This document shows, piece after piece, positions 6,812 through 14,632 of a stretch of 54,321 nucleotides of DNA; within the stretch, counting starts at the first letter, position 1, and every line of letters begins with the position of its first letter. A program made the position numbers and the translations under genes. The DNA comes from a virus. The DNA lies in IMG/VR virus record IMGVR_UViG_3300044788_000028, positions 1 through 54,321 of that record. One strand, written 5' to 3'. The notes under the pieces are model-generated. The model searched no databases. It was not told where the DNA came from and worked only from the letters and a program-made list of their open reading frames with translations.

Positions 6812-8827
6812 CTACGCCCCGGCTGCTGGGGCGGGTGGAGTCGGAGGCGGAGCGCCCGGTGCGGGTGGTGCAGCGGGTGCCCCTACCGGCGGTGCCTTCG
6901 GAGTTGGCTTGAAGGCACCGTTACCGGCGTCACCCATGATCTGCTCTGCCTTGCTGGCGACGATGTTGAAGAACGCCTCGAGCATCGCAATGCCGGAGTT
7001 GCGCGGGATGGTCCCTTCCGCGACCAGCGTTACGATCTCCACGGCAGCCGCGATCTGCGCACCGTTGAGCACCGTGTCCGTGGTAGTCTGAATCACTTGG
7101 TCAGGTGCCTTGGGAGGCAGTGCACTCGGGTCCGCTGCGCTGCCCGGTGCCGGCGTCCCCGCACCGCGGCCGAACTCGGCATTGATCGTGGCCATGCGCG
7201 TCTGTTCCGACGCCACGGCTTCCGCGCTGGTCGTGAACTCGCTTTCGATGGTGGCTTGGTCCTCGGCGCTGGTCAGCGTCCCCGACTCCTTCGCGGCGAT
7301 CATCATCAGCTTCGCACTCATCGTCGGGCTCATCAGCCCGCTGGTCTTCTGGAGATCGAACAGACGCTCGATGCTATCGAGCACCGGCGCAAGGTCAAAG
7401 TCGCGCGTCCATGTGCTGCTGCCCTGCGGGGCGGCGGACCCGAACCGCTGCTCGAGGAAGAAGATCGCAATGTTCTGCGATGCCTCGACTTCGGACGCGA
7501 GCAGGGCAAGGCGCGGCGCCTTGCCCTCACCGAACCCGGCGTCCTTACTGGCACCGCTCGAGTTGGGTGTGCCACTGACCTCGAGTCCGGTCACCTCACG
7601 CACGGTCTCGCGGATGGCAGACATGCGCTTGGTGAAGACGTCCGCCGTGACGGCACCGGCGCTCGAGTCCTGTACCGTGGGCACCACCTTGGTCGTGCCC
7701 GGCTCGCCGCTCGAGGGCACCGGGATGTACTTGGACCCGTCAAGGATTTTCTCCATCGCCACTTCGAACGCCTGCGGGTCCACGCCGAGCAGGAACTGAA
7801 GCGAGGAGGCCGCGTCCCATGCGTCGAAGCTGGCGGCTGAGTCGAGGTTCATGTACGCGACCGCGGCGTTGCCGAGTTCGGTCGTGGCGCAGCGCGACAT
7901 CCGATCTTTGTCGCGCTCGTAGTAGTGCACCCACATCGGGATCGCACCCTTCGTGCCGTCCCACGTGCCGACGTCGCCCGGCTCGGCGCTCACCGTGCCT
8001 TGGCTGTCGAAGGTCCACCACCCGCCACCGGAGAAGATGATCTCCCCATCGGCGTCAAAGCCGGTGAACCCCTTACGCACGTAGAGGCGTACGCGCTTGC
8101 TGTTCGCGCGGTCCAGCTTGCCGTCGCTGCCCAGCACGGCGGACTTCGGCGGCAGGTTCTGGATGGCCCACGACAGGCGCCCGTTCTCGAAATCCCAGTT
8201 GTAGATATCGAGCGGGCTGATATGGGTGAGGTACGGGCGCTTGCCCTCGAAGACGTCGCGCTGGGTCACGCCGGGGAGCACGCTCGCTTCGGTGAACACC
8301 CAGCGGTGCCCGGTCGCGCCTGCCCAGCGGGTCACGTCCGCCCAAAAGGTGTCCCACTGCGACCCGTCATTACCGACGCCGTCGGTGTTGTAGAAGACCA
8401 GTTCGGCGTTCGTCGGATTGGCCTGCACACGCTCGGGTCTGATCTTCCCGAGCGACCCGAAGCTCAGGCCCTTGTCCATCGTCGGGCGCTTGCGGAACAG
8501 GTGCCCCGTCAGCATCGCCATGAACGCATCGGGGAAGTTGACATACATCGCCTGCGACTGCCGCATGGTGTAGTGTTCGCCGGGCTGGTACTTGGTCAGC
8601 GTCCCTACCTTGTCCTTGTTCGCCAATCCCGAGGACAGTTCGCCCGCGTCGAGTGTGGCGCTGAACTCCCCGACCGTCCCGCTGGGGCACGGCGTCTCCC
8701 AATCAAAGCGGCGCAGTTCGGGCAGCACACTGACGCCCCCGCGCAGGCGGCGCTCGTTCCGCCGCCACTCGCCTTCGCGCAGCTTGAAGAGAGGATGTTG
8801 GTCCTGCAACCACTCGCGCTTCGCCAT
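6812..8827 (-). CDS. Portal protein (DUF4055-like)
   Basis: 671 aa, downstream of terL. The segment AMYVNFPDAFMAMLTGHLFRKRP resembles the conserved DUF4055 portal motif (from memory). Pro/Ala-rich C-terminal tail. Confidence 0.8.
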   Translation of the reverse strand: MAKREWLQDQHPLFKLREGEWRRNERRLRGGVSVLPELRRFDWETPCPSGTVGEFSATLDAGELSSGLANKDKVGTLTKYQPGEHYTMRQSQAMYVNFPDAFMAMLTGHLFRKRPTMDKGLSFGSLGKIRPERVQANPTNAELVFYNTDGVGNDGSQWDTFWADVTRWAGATGHRWVFTEASVLPGVTQRDVFEGKRPYLTHISPLDIYNWDFENGRLSWAIQNLPPKSAVLGSDGKLDRANSKRVRLYVRKGFTGFDADGEIIFSGGGWWTFDSQGTVSAEPGDVGTWDGTKGAIPMWVHYYERDKDRMSRCATTELGNAAVAYMNLDSAASFDAWDAASSLQFLLGVDPQAFEVAMEKILDGSKYIPVPSSGEPGTTKVVPTVQDSSAGAVTADVFTKRMSAIRETVREVTGLEVSGTPNSSGASKDAGFGEGKAPRLALLASEVEASQNIAIFFLEQRFGSAAPQGSSTWTRDFDLAPVLDSIERLFDLQKTSGLMSPTMSAKLMMIAAKESGTLTSAEDQATIESEFTTSAEAVASEQTRMATINAEFGRGAGTPAPGSAADPSALPPKAPDQVIQTTTDTVLNGAQIAAAVEIVTLVAEGTIPRNSGIAMLEAFFNIVASKAEQIMGDAGNGAFKPTPKAPPVGAPAAPPAPGAPPPTPPAPAAGA

Positions 8828-8842
8828 GATCGTGATCCTCGG

Positions 8843-9211
8843 TTAGCGGGTGGGCTCGCCGCCGGCGGCCCGTGCTGCGTTCTCCATCGGGGACTTGTCG
8901 TAACCGTACCGCAGCTGCTCGTACAGGTAGCGCGGCAGAAAGGTCAGCGGGTACTTGCACCACTGCTCACGGTAGTGGTACTCCTCGTGTTTGCGGCGCT
9001 CCGAAGTCATCACTGCGAGGTCCGTGTCCGTATAGACGTAGCACCGCGCCCCGATGGTCATGGCTTCCTCGTGCGGGAAGACATGCTGCAAGACCCAACC
9101 CATCCAGTGCTCGCTCACGATCTGCCACTGGCCGTGAAAGTACACCAGCCAGTAGATGAGGCAGGCATAGCCGACCCACGCCACCAGTAAGAACTCGATG
9201 ATCTGTTTCAT
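8843..9211 (-). CDS. Small membrane-anchored protein with HExxH motif
   Basis: 122 aa with an N-terminal hydrophobic helix (IIEFLLVAWVGYACLIYWLVYF) and HEEYHYREQW. The start overlaps the terL stop as ATGA. Confidence 0.55.
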   Translation of the reverse strand: MKQIIEFLLVAWVGYACLIYWLVYFHGQWQIVSEHWMGWVLQHVFPHEEAMTIGARCYVYTDTDLAVMTSERRKHEEYHYREQWCKYPLTFLPRYLYEQLRYGYDKSPMENAARAAGGEPTR

Positions 9212-10521
9212 CTCCGCACCGTCCGGAACTTGTCGGCCGTCTGGCCGAGCGCCAAGCGCGCACGGTCGCGCGCGTACACCACCAACCCGAGAGCTATCAC
9301 ACCGTCGTCGTGCAGGCCTTGGGGCGCTTCGTACCGCACCCCGTGCTTGGTGTATTCGTACCCAAAGGATTCTAGTTCAGCCACCAACCATCCGCGAGGG
9401 TAGCGGACCTCCTTCCGGTGCAGCGCCGTCATCAGGCGCTCCATGAGTCCCTGCTTGCTGGGACCCGTGAAGACGAACAGCTCGCCTTGCGGCTTGCACG
9501 CCTTCAGCACATCGCGCGCCACCTTGTCGCCGACGCCGGTCGCGTCGATCGCGAACGGGGCACGGTACTCATTGATGAGTGCGGCAATGCGGGGCACGGT
9601 CGCTTCCCACGGCAGCTGAAAGCGGTCGAGCGCCACGACCTGCCCCGTGTCGACGTCCATGATGCAGACGACCGTATAGTCCTCCGCACGGGCGATGTCG
9701 ATCCCGGCGCAGTAGCGGTTGCCCTCCCGGTGCTGGGGCGCGATGCGGAACACCACGCTCCCGATGGCCTCGTAGACCATCATGGCGCACGCGGCGATCG
9801 CCAGCAGACCGAAGGGGTTGCCCGCGTTCTCCGACGGTTCGCCGAGATACTCCTGCTTGTACGCGTCCTCGGGCAGGTCGCGCTTCGCCCCCATGATCTC
9901 CTCGAGCAAGACCTTGGGGTTGAGCACGCTGGGCATCCGGAACGACGCCCACTCGCCTTCGCCTGCGAGCATGTGCGCCTGTCCCTTCTCGAACAGCGTA
10001 TGGAAATAGCGCCTACCCTTCGGTGTGCCGAGGAACCACGCGCCGCCGCGGTGAATGGTCAGCGTCGGGCGGATGTCGTTCTCCCACCGCTCCTTGAGGT
10101 CCTTGACCAACCCGGCTTCATCGATGGTGATCTCGTCGTAGTCCTTGCCGCGCCCCGCGTCGGGGGAGTCGAGAGTCCACATCTCGAGCACCCCACCGTT
10201 GATCAACTCGAGGCGCTTCTCGGTCTCGGACTTGTCGCGCACGATGGGGGTGAGGCGCTTCTGGAGATCGCGCCACGCGTCGGAGAGCAGCTTGTACGTG
10301 GGGGCGAACCACCCGTGCGAGCGCCCCCGCAGCACGGTGCGCAGGGCACGACGCTTCCCGAACGTGGTCTTACCCAGCCGGCGCCCACACTGTGCGACGT
10401 TGAACCGTGCCTGATAGTCCTCGAGGATCTGTTGGCCGCTGTGGTTCTTCGGCACGCGCACGGTCGCACTGCCGCCCGTCTGCGTGATGTGTCGGCGCTT
10501 GCGGTTGAGGAGGACCTGCAC
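9208..10521 (-). CDS. terL: Terminase large subunit
   Basis: Walker A CGRRLGKTT and Walker B YDEITIDEAG. Nuclease-domain acidic motifs AGIDIARAED, FAIDATGVGD and HDDGVIA. GTG start lies directly after the upstream stop. Confidence 0.9.
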   Translation of the reverse strand: MQVLLNRKRRHITQTGGSATVRVPKNHSGQQILEDYQARFNVAQCGRRLGKTTFGKRRALRTVLRGRSHGWFAPTYKLLSDAWRDLQKRLTPIVRDKSETEKRLELINGGVLEMWTLDSPDAGRGKDYDEITIDEAGLVKDLKERWENDIRPTLTIHRGGAWFLGTPKGRRYFHTLFEKGQAHMLAGEGEWASFRMPSVLNPKVLLEEIMGAKRDLPEDAYKQEYLGEPSENAGNPFGLLAIAACAMMVYEAIGSVVFRIAPQHREGNRYCAGIDIARAEDYTVVCIMDVDTGQVVALDRFQLPWEATVPRIAALINEYRAPFAIDATGVGDKVARDVLKACKPQGELFVFTGPSKQGLMERLMTALHRKEVRYPRGWLVAELESFGYEYTKHGVRYEAPQGLHDDGVIALGLVVYARDRARLALGQTADKFRTVRR

Positions 10522-11007
10522 CTAGTGCTTCCCGTTGCCGTTACCGTTCGGCGCCGTGGCAATACGGGAGGCCGTGGCGATCGCGACCGCGGCGCCCACC
10601 ACGCGCTTCATGTCCACGGGCGTTCGCTTTTTGGTGGGCGCGGTGCCCGCCTTGCCTTCCTCGGGCGGCTCCTCGTCCCACACCACGGTGACCTTGACCT
10701 CCGTGTCGAGCGGCGCGTCGAAGAAGCCGAGGCGGTTGAGCAGCGTGTCCGCGGACTTCATGTCTGGCTCAATCGCGCGCACGCCATCCTTCGCTTCAGG
10801 CGACGTCGGAGGCACGGCAGCTGTACCCTTCGCGGCGTTGACGAAGGTGGTGGCAAGCTCCAACTGCAAGTCCGCGCGCGCGCGGTCGATGCACTTGCGC
10901 AGATGCGGCCACTTCCCGAACAGGTTCACGTCGCAGTCCATGAGCACCGCGATCGCCTTGTCGGGCAGCCCCTTGCCGGCGATGTCGGCGAGCTTCTCGA
11001 CGTCCAT
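10522..11007 (-). CDS. Putative terminase small subunit
   Basis: 161 aa from the ATG at 11007, immediately upstream of terL. The call rests on position and size only. Confidence 0.5.
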   Translation of the reverse strand: MDVEKLADIAGKGLPDKAIAVLMDCDVNLFGKWPHLRKCIDRARADLQLELATTFVNAAKGTAAVPPTSPEAKDGVRAIEPDMKSADTLLNRLGFFDAPLDTEVKVTVVWDEEPPEEGKAGTAPTKKRTPVDMKRVVGAAVAIATASRIATAPNGNGNGKH

Positions 11008-11026
11008 GGTGAGTCCCACCTTCTGC

Positions 11027-11404
11027 TTACGAGGCACAGCGCCGTGCTCCCCGGTGCGCCATACGATCGGCGTCCGTTTCGATGATAGGGTTGATGAGGG
11101 TGAAGCAGTGGGGGCAGCGGGCCTGTTGCGACAGCCCCTTGCAGGACCAGCACCGCAGCAACACCGCGCCCACCTCGAGCGGGGGTATGCGTACACGAGA
11201 CAGGGCCTTGGCCTGCACCCGCTCGCGCTTCCGGGCGCGCGCGGCACACGCCGGGGTGAGCACCACCTTCCCCACCCCGTGGCGCTTCAGCAACGCGTAC
11301 ACGTCCCACTGATCGCGGAAGGTGCTGGGGTACTGGCGCGCGATCCGCTCGGCCGTCCAGTTGCGTTCGCGATAGAGATGGAAGATGCGGGCAGGTGTGG
11401 GCAT
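11027..11404 (-). CDS. HTH plus zinc-ribbon DNA-binding protein
   Basis: 125 aa from the ATG at 11404. The N-terminal ARIFHLYRERNWTAERIARQY resembles the HTH-like repeats of the 5326..6720 protein. C-terminal CWSC...CPHC zinc ribbon. First gene after the long non-coding inverted repeat. Confidence 0.5.
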   Translation of the reverse strand: MPTPARIFHLYRERNWTAERIARQYPSTFRDQWDVYALLKRHGVGKVVLTPACAARARKRERVQAKALSRVRIPPLEVGAVLLRCWSCKGLSQQARCPHCFTLINPIIETDADRMAHRGARRCAS

Positions 11405-11486
11405 GACGTAAGTCAAGTGAGTGGTGCCATTTCCGGCAACCCTCACGTCCATCCCACGCGTGCTGATGGGCCGTTCCCAATAGAAT

Positions 11487-11698
11487 GTCTACCCGGGGAT
11501 TTGGCGGATGGAATCAGGGAGTTTGAGTTATAGTCTCCCGTACTTCCCCGCGTAACTAACTCAATACCAACAACTTACCGCGGTACCATAGGCTACTAGT
11601 AGCTACCTAACTTACGTTACTACAGTACGTTACCCCACGAACCGAGCTCCTCTATAACTCAAACTCACTGATTCCATCCGCCAAATCCCCCGGTAGAC
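11487..11698. repeat. 47-bp inverted repeat (45/47 match) flanking a 118-bp lower-G+C spacer
   Basis: Left arm 11487-11533 is gtctacccggggatttggcggatggaatcagggagtttgagttatag. The reverse complement of the right arm 11652-11698 is gtctaccgggggatttggcggatggaatcagtgagtttgagttatag. The spacer contains the palindrome gctactagtagc. Confidence 0.9.
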
Positions 11699-11731
11699 CG
11701 CCTTTAGTACGCCGTAGGCGCACCGCCTACA

Positions 11732-12166
11732 TCAGTACCCGACGGGCTGCCCGCAGTTGGTACACCGCTGCGCGCGGTGGTTGCGTATGGTGTGTGGAGG
11801 AAACGGCGTGCCGCAGTGCGAACAGGGGGCCAGTTGGGCGTCGAGGAACAGGAACGCGATGGCCCGTTTGGTAAGCCATCTCTGATGCTTCACCTCTTTA
11901 CGGCACACATCACACGTAGGAGGTTTCCGTTGTGGGGCGATCCTCCGTGCCTTGCACACCGTACATATGACCAGCAGGTCCACACGTGCCTTCTCACGGC
12001 AGGCCTCGCAGGTGTGGGGACGGCGCTGTTTGACCACCGGCTTACCACAGCGTTCACAGCGCGCCGAAAGTCGCCTGCCACCCTTCCGGCATTTATCGCA
12101 CGTCAACGGCCGCCGTTGCGCCGCGACCGGATCGCCGCAACAGCGGCACTTCAGGCGGAGGCTCAT
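11732..12166 (-). CDS. Protein made of four tandem zinc-ribbon repeats
   Basis: 144 aa from the ATG at 12166 (ATGA overlap). Repeats: CRCCGDPVAAQRRPLTCDKCR, CERCGKPVVKQRRPHTCEACR, CTVCKARRIAPQRKPPTCDVCR, CSHCG...CTNCG. Confidence 0.6.
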   Translation of the reverse strand: MSLRLKCRCCGDPVAAQRRPLTCDKCRKGGRRLSARCERCGKPVVKQRRPHTCEACREKARVDLLVICTVCKARRIAPQRKPPTCDVCRKEVKHQRWLTKRAIAFLFLDAQLAPCSHCGTPFPPHTIRNHRAQRCTNCGQPVGY

Positions 12167-12711
12167 GGGAACAGCAACTCCCGGATCTGAGAAGGCGACC
12201 ACGCGTACTTCGACGAGCGGCAGAGCACGAGGTCCGGCGGCGGGGCCACCTGCACCACGCGGCGCAACCACTCGGGCATCGCCTTCGCGACGTAGACCAA
12301 GGTATACATCTGATCGATGCTCATGGTGAACGGCTGCACGTCGCAGAGCACCAGCGCCCGGCACCCGTCCGCCGCCCACCCGCGCAGGAAGTGGGGCTGC
12401 GCATCGCGGAAGGGGATGCGCCATCCTGCCTTGACGTGTGCGGCGAGCGCGTCCCACGTCCACCGTGTGCGCGGCTTCCCGTCGTCCTGCGCACGCCACA
12501 CGTCCAGCATGACATGGACACTGGCAGGCAGTACCTTGAGTTCGACCAGTGTGACGCGCCCGCCAGTACGCGACGCCCCGATGATGTCAGGCCAGCCCGG
12601 TGCCACGGCTTCGAGCCGGCGCAGGGTGAACCCGCTGGCGAGCGGCTCCCCCACGAGCTTGAGCCCGGACCACATGGCGGACTCGGTCCACTTGGTGGCC
12701 TTACGCGGCAT
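12163..12711 (-). CDS. PD-(D/E)xK nuclease, VRR-NUC-like
   Basis: GWPDIIGASRTGGRVTLVELKV fits the PD...ExK signature of VRR-NUC nucleases. 182 aa. Confidence 0.5.
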   Translation of the reverse strand: MPRKATKWTESAMWSGLKLVGEPLASGFTLRRLEAVAPGWPDIIGASRTGGRVTLVELKVLPASVHVMLDVWRAQDDGKPRTRWTWDALAAHVKAGWRIPFRDAQPHFLRGWAADGCRALVLCDVQPFTMSIDQMYTLVYVAKAMPEWLRRVVQVAPPPDLVLCRSSKYAWSPSQIRELLFP

Positions 12712-12738
12712 GCTTCACCTCCACGCGCAGCAAGGGGT

Positions 12739-12966
12739 TCAGCATGTGTCGTACCCCTCCTGTTCGACGACACCGGGGGCAACCCCGGCGCTCTCCTCCG
12801 CGTGCCGGATCGAGGGGACGCCGCACGGGGAGGCGAGGCGCGTGTCCACGCTGTCCACCGTGAGTGAGCCCTTGCCCCGGCGTTCGAGCTGGATGCCCAC
12901 GCGGATGAGATCCGTGCGCGTGGGATACTTGACGATGGTCCAGTTCTTTGGGATCGGCATGGTCAC
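12739..12966 (-). CDS. Hypothetical protein
   Basis: 75-aa ORF. GTG 12966 forms a GTGA overlap; ATG 12960 is the alternative start. Confidence 0.45.
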   Translation of the reverse strand: MTMPIPKNWTIVKYPTRTDLIRVGIQLERRGKGSLTVDSVDTRLASPCGVPSIRHAEESAGVAPGVVEQEGYDTC

Positions 12967-13220
12967 CCCTTCACGTAGCGCAGGCGCCGCTTGGTGTGCC
13001 GGTGGACGCGGGTCGCGACATCGAAGGCGATGTTGTGGGCGAAGGTGATGCGGTCAGCCCGGTCCGCATCGTTGATCAGGCAGTACAGCACATGCGGCGC
13101 GTGCAGCTCCGGGTCATACACCGTGCGAAAGGTGTCGCGGTACGCGGTGCGGGCCTGATCGGTCCACCGCTTCCACACGCGTTGCGGGACGGGGTGCTTC
13201 TTGGGGCGTGGTCTACGCAT
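12963..13220 (-). CDS. Hypothetical protein
   Basis: 85-aa ORF with an ATG start, packed between neighbours. Confidence 0.5.
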   Translation of the reverse strand: MRRPRPKKHPVPQRVWKRWTDQARTAYRDTFRTVYDPELHAPHVLYCLINDADRADRITFAHNIAFDVATRVHRHTKRRLRYVKG

Positions 13221-13653
13221 GGCTTGCCTCCGTGAGTCGGTTCGCGCGGCGCAGGTGCCACGCGTGAAGAATGTCGAGCGCCGTCAGCTTCAGGCGGAAC
13301 CCCGCGTCGAGCGCGGTACGGCGACGCGCGGTGCCGGCGTAGTGATGGAGTTCGTTGTGCATCTCACTGGTACAGATGGCGTCGCACCGGGCGACGTCGC
13401 GGTTCCGTGTCGGGTCCCACCGATCCTTGCCCCCGGCGAAGAACGCCTCACTGAAGATGCCTCGGCGCTTGCGTGAGGGCAGTACGACCCGGAACGACTC
13501 CTGCGGGAGTCGCGTCTGTGGGCGCGAAGGGACCGTGACGCCCTTGCTGGCGTTGGGCACCAACGGGGCCTTGCCGCCACCACCGAACACCCCGGCGATT
13601 GCCCCGGCCAGTAGCGCCAGCTTCGCCCCGAACCCGCGTGGTCTGATACTCAT
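13213..13653 (-). CDS. Hypothetical protein with Gly-zipper N-terminus
   Basis: 146 aa from the ATG at 13653 (ATGA overlap). N-terminal LALLAGAIAGVFGGGG hydrophobic segment. The upstream part of the track ORF was discarded. Confidence 0.5.
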   Translation of the reverse strand: MSIRPRGFGAKLALLAGAIAGVFGGGGKAPLVPNASKGVTVPSRPQTRLPQESFRVVLPSRKRRGIFSEAFFAGGKDRWDPTRNRDVARCDAICTSEMHNELHHYAGTARRRTALDAGFRLKLTALDILHAWHLRRANRLTEASHA

Positions 13654-14096
13654 GGTTGTGGTCTCCCGTGGATGATGGTTGTCATGACGCGCTTCCGCTC
13701 TCGCCCGGCTCGCACGACCTGCACGAAGCGGATCGGGTGCAGCAGCGCGGTGACGGCGATGTACGTCCAACGCCGGGGGCGCGACCACATGCTGATCGGG
13801 GCATGGCGCCAGCACCACGTATCCGCCATCGTACCGTCCATGCGTTGCTTGAAGGGAAACTGCCGACGCCGGGGGTCCAGCGTCGACCACTTGCGGTAAT
13901 ACTTGGACTCCCGCCCGCACACGTCGCACGGATACTTGGACTTCGCCGCACGGGCGTTGCACGCGTCCGCGTGCGCTTGCGCATCCCGCGCCTGCCGGTG
14001 CATGTCCGTGAAGGACAGTCCGCGCTTGTGCAGCGCCCGCGCGACCTTGGTCATGTGCTGTGTGCGCTTGCGATGGATCTTGCGTTTGAGGCTCAT
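13650..14096 (-). CDS. Hypothetical basic protein
   Basis: 148 aa from the ATG at 14096 (ATGA overlaps at both ends). Confidence 0.5.
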   Translation of the reverse strand: MSLKRKIHRKRTQHMTKVARALHKRGLSFTDMHRQARDAQAHADACNARAAKSKYPCDVCGRESKYYRKWSTLDPRRRQFPFKQRMDGTMADTWCWRHAPISMWSRPRRWTYIAVTALLHPIRFVQVVRAGRERKRVMTTIIHGRPQP

Positions 14097-14482
14097 CGGC
14101 AGAGGTGGTTGAGGGCAGCGTCGAGTGAGGCAAAACACCGGGCATGGTAGAGCACCCACGGGGAGGCACTCTTGTGCGTGACGCCCCATGCGATCACCTG
14201 TTTGCCTTGGCGGTGTGCCAAGGCGATCTCCATGGCCGTGCCCCACGACGGGCGCTCGCACCGTGCCAAGACCACGTCGCATCCTTGGATGTCGATCAGG
14301 TCACCTTCCACGCACTGTGCGACGGTGAGGTTCGTCCAGACCTCCACGCTGCGGTAGTCGCGGGTCATGGGGTTGCGCACCGTGTGCCCGGCCTGCCTGA
14401 GACGGAAGCTGGCGAGCCGCCGCCAGTCGTACGCCTCCTTGTCGCTGCACCCAGCGATGGCCCCGGCGAGGTAGATGATCAT
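14093..14482 (-). CDS. Nucleoside 2-deoxyribosyltransferase-like protein
   Basis: 129 aa. MIIYLAGAI..., D(x)nCDVVLA and SWGTAMEIALA match the general pattern of the deoxyribosyltransferase / dNMP N-glycosidase fold (from memory). Confidence 0.6.
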   Translation of the reverse strand: MIIYLAGAIAGCSDKEAYDWRRLASFRLRQAGHTVRNPMTRDYRSVEVWTNLTVAQCVEGDLIDIQGCDVVLARCERPSWGTAMEIALAHRQGKQVIAWGVTHKSASPWVLYHARCFASLDAALNHLCR

Positions 14483-14632
14483 CTAGTCCCGGGGGTCCAT
14501 GAGGGTGGGGCGGTGTCCGTTCTGTGGTGGGGGGAGCGGCTTCCCCGTGTCCATGCGGTGCAGCATGTTGCTCACGCCCATACCCGCGAGCATGCCCAAA
14601 CAGAACATGACCAACAGGATCAGGTAGATCAT
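14483..14632 (-). CDS. Small membrane protein (49 aa)
   Basis: Hand translation gives MIYLILLVMFCLGMLAGMGVSNMLHRMDTGKPLPPPQNGHRPTLMDPRD. ATGA overlap upstream; its stop abuts the next ATG. Confidence 0.5.
   Translation of the reverse strand: MIYLILLVMFCLGMLAGMGVSNMLHRMDTGKPLPPPQNGHRPTLMDPRD

Noticed and set aside
11487-11698. The inverted repeat as a MITE or insertion-sequence remnant.
   Set aside because: There is no flanking target-site duplication (the flanks are aatagaat and cgcctttag). There is no transposase gene, and I saw no second copy of the arms elsewhere in the window. A regulatory, packaging or origin structure seems more likely, though mobility cannot be fully excluded.
13213-13653. 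The MHNELHH string as a third HExxH metallopeptidase motif.
   Set aside because: The spacing is H-N-E-L-H, which is not H-E-x-x-H, so it does not fit the zincin signature.
14483-14490. The CTAGTCCC copies at 14483 and 40162 as further members of the CTAG(A/T)CCC regulatory motif.
   Set aside because: In both cases the CTAG is the TAG stop codon of a minus-strand gene preceded by Gly/Asp codons. Coding constraints explain them, so they were not counted as regulatory sites.
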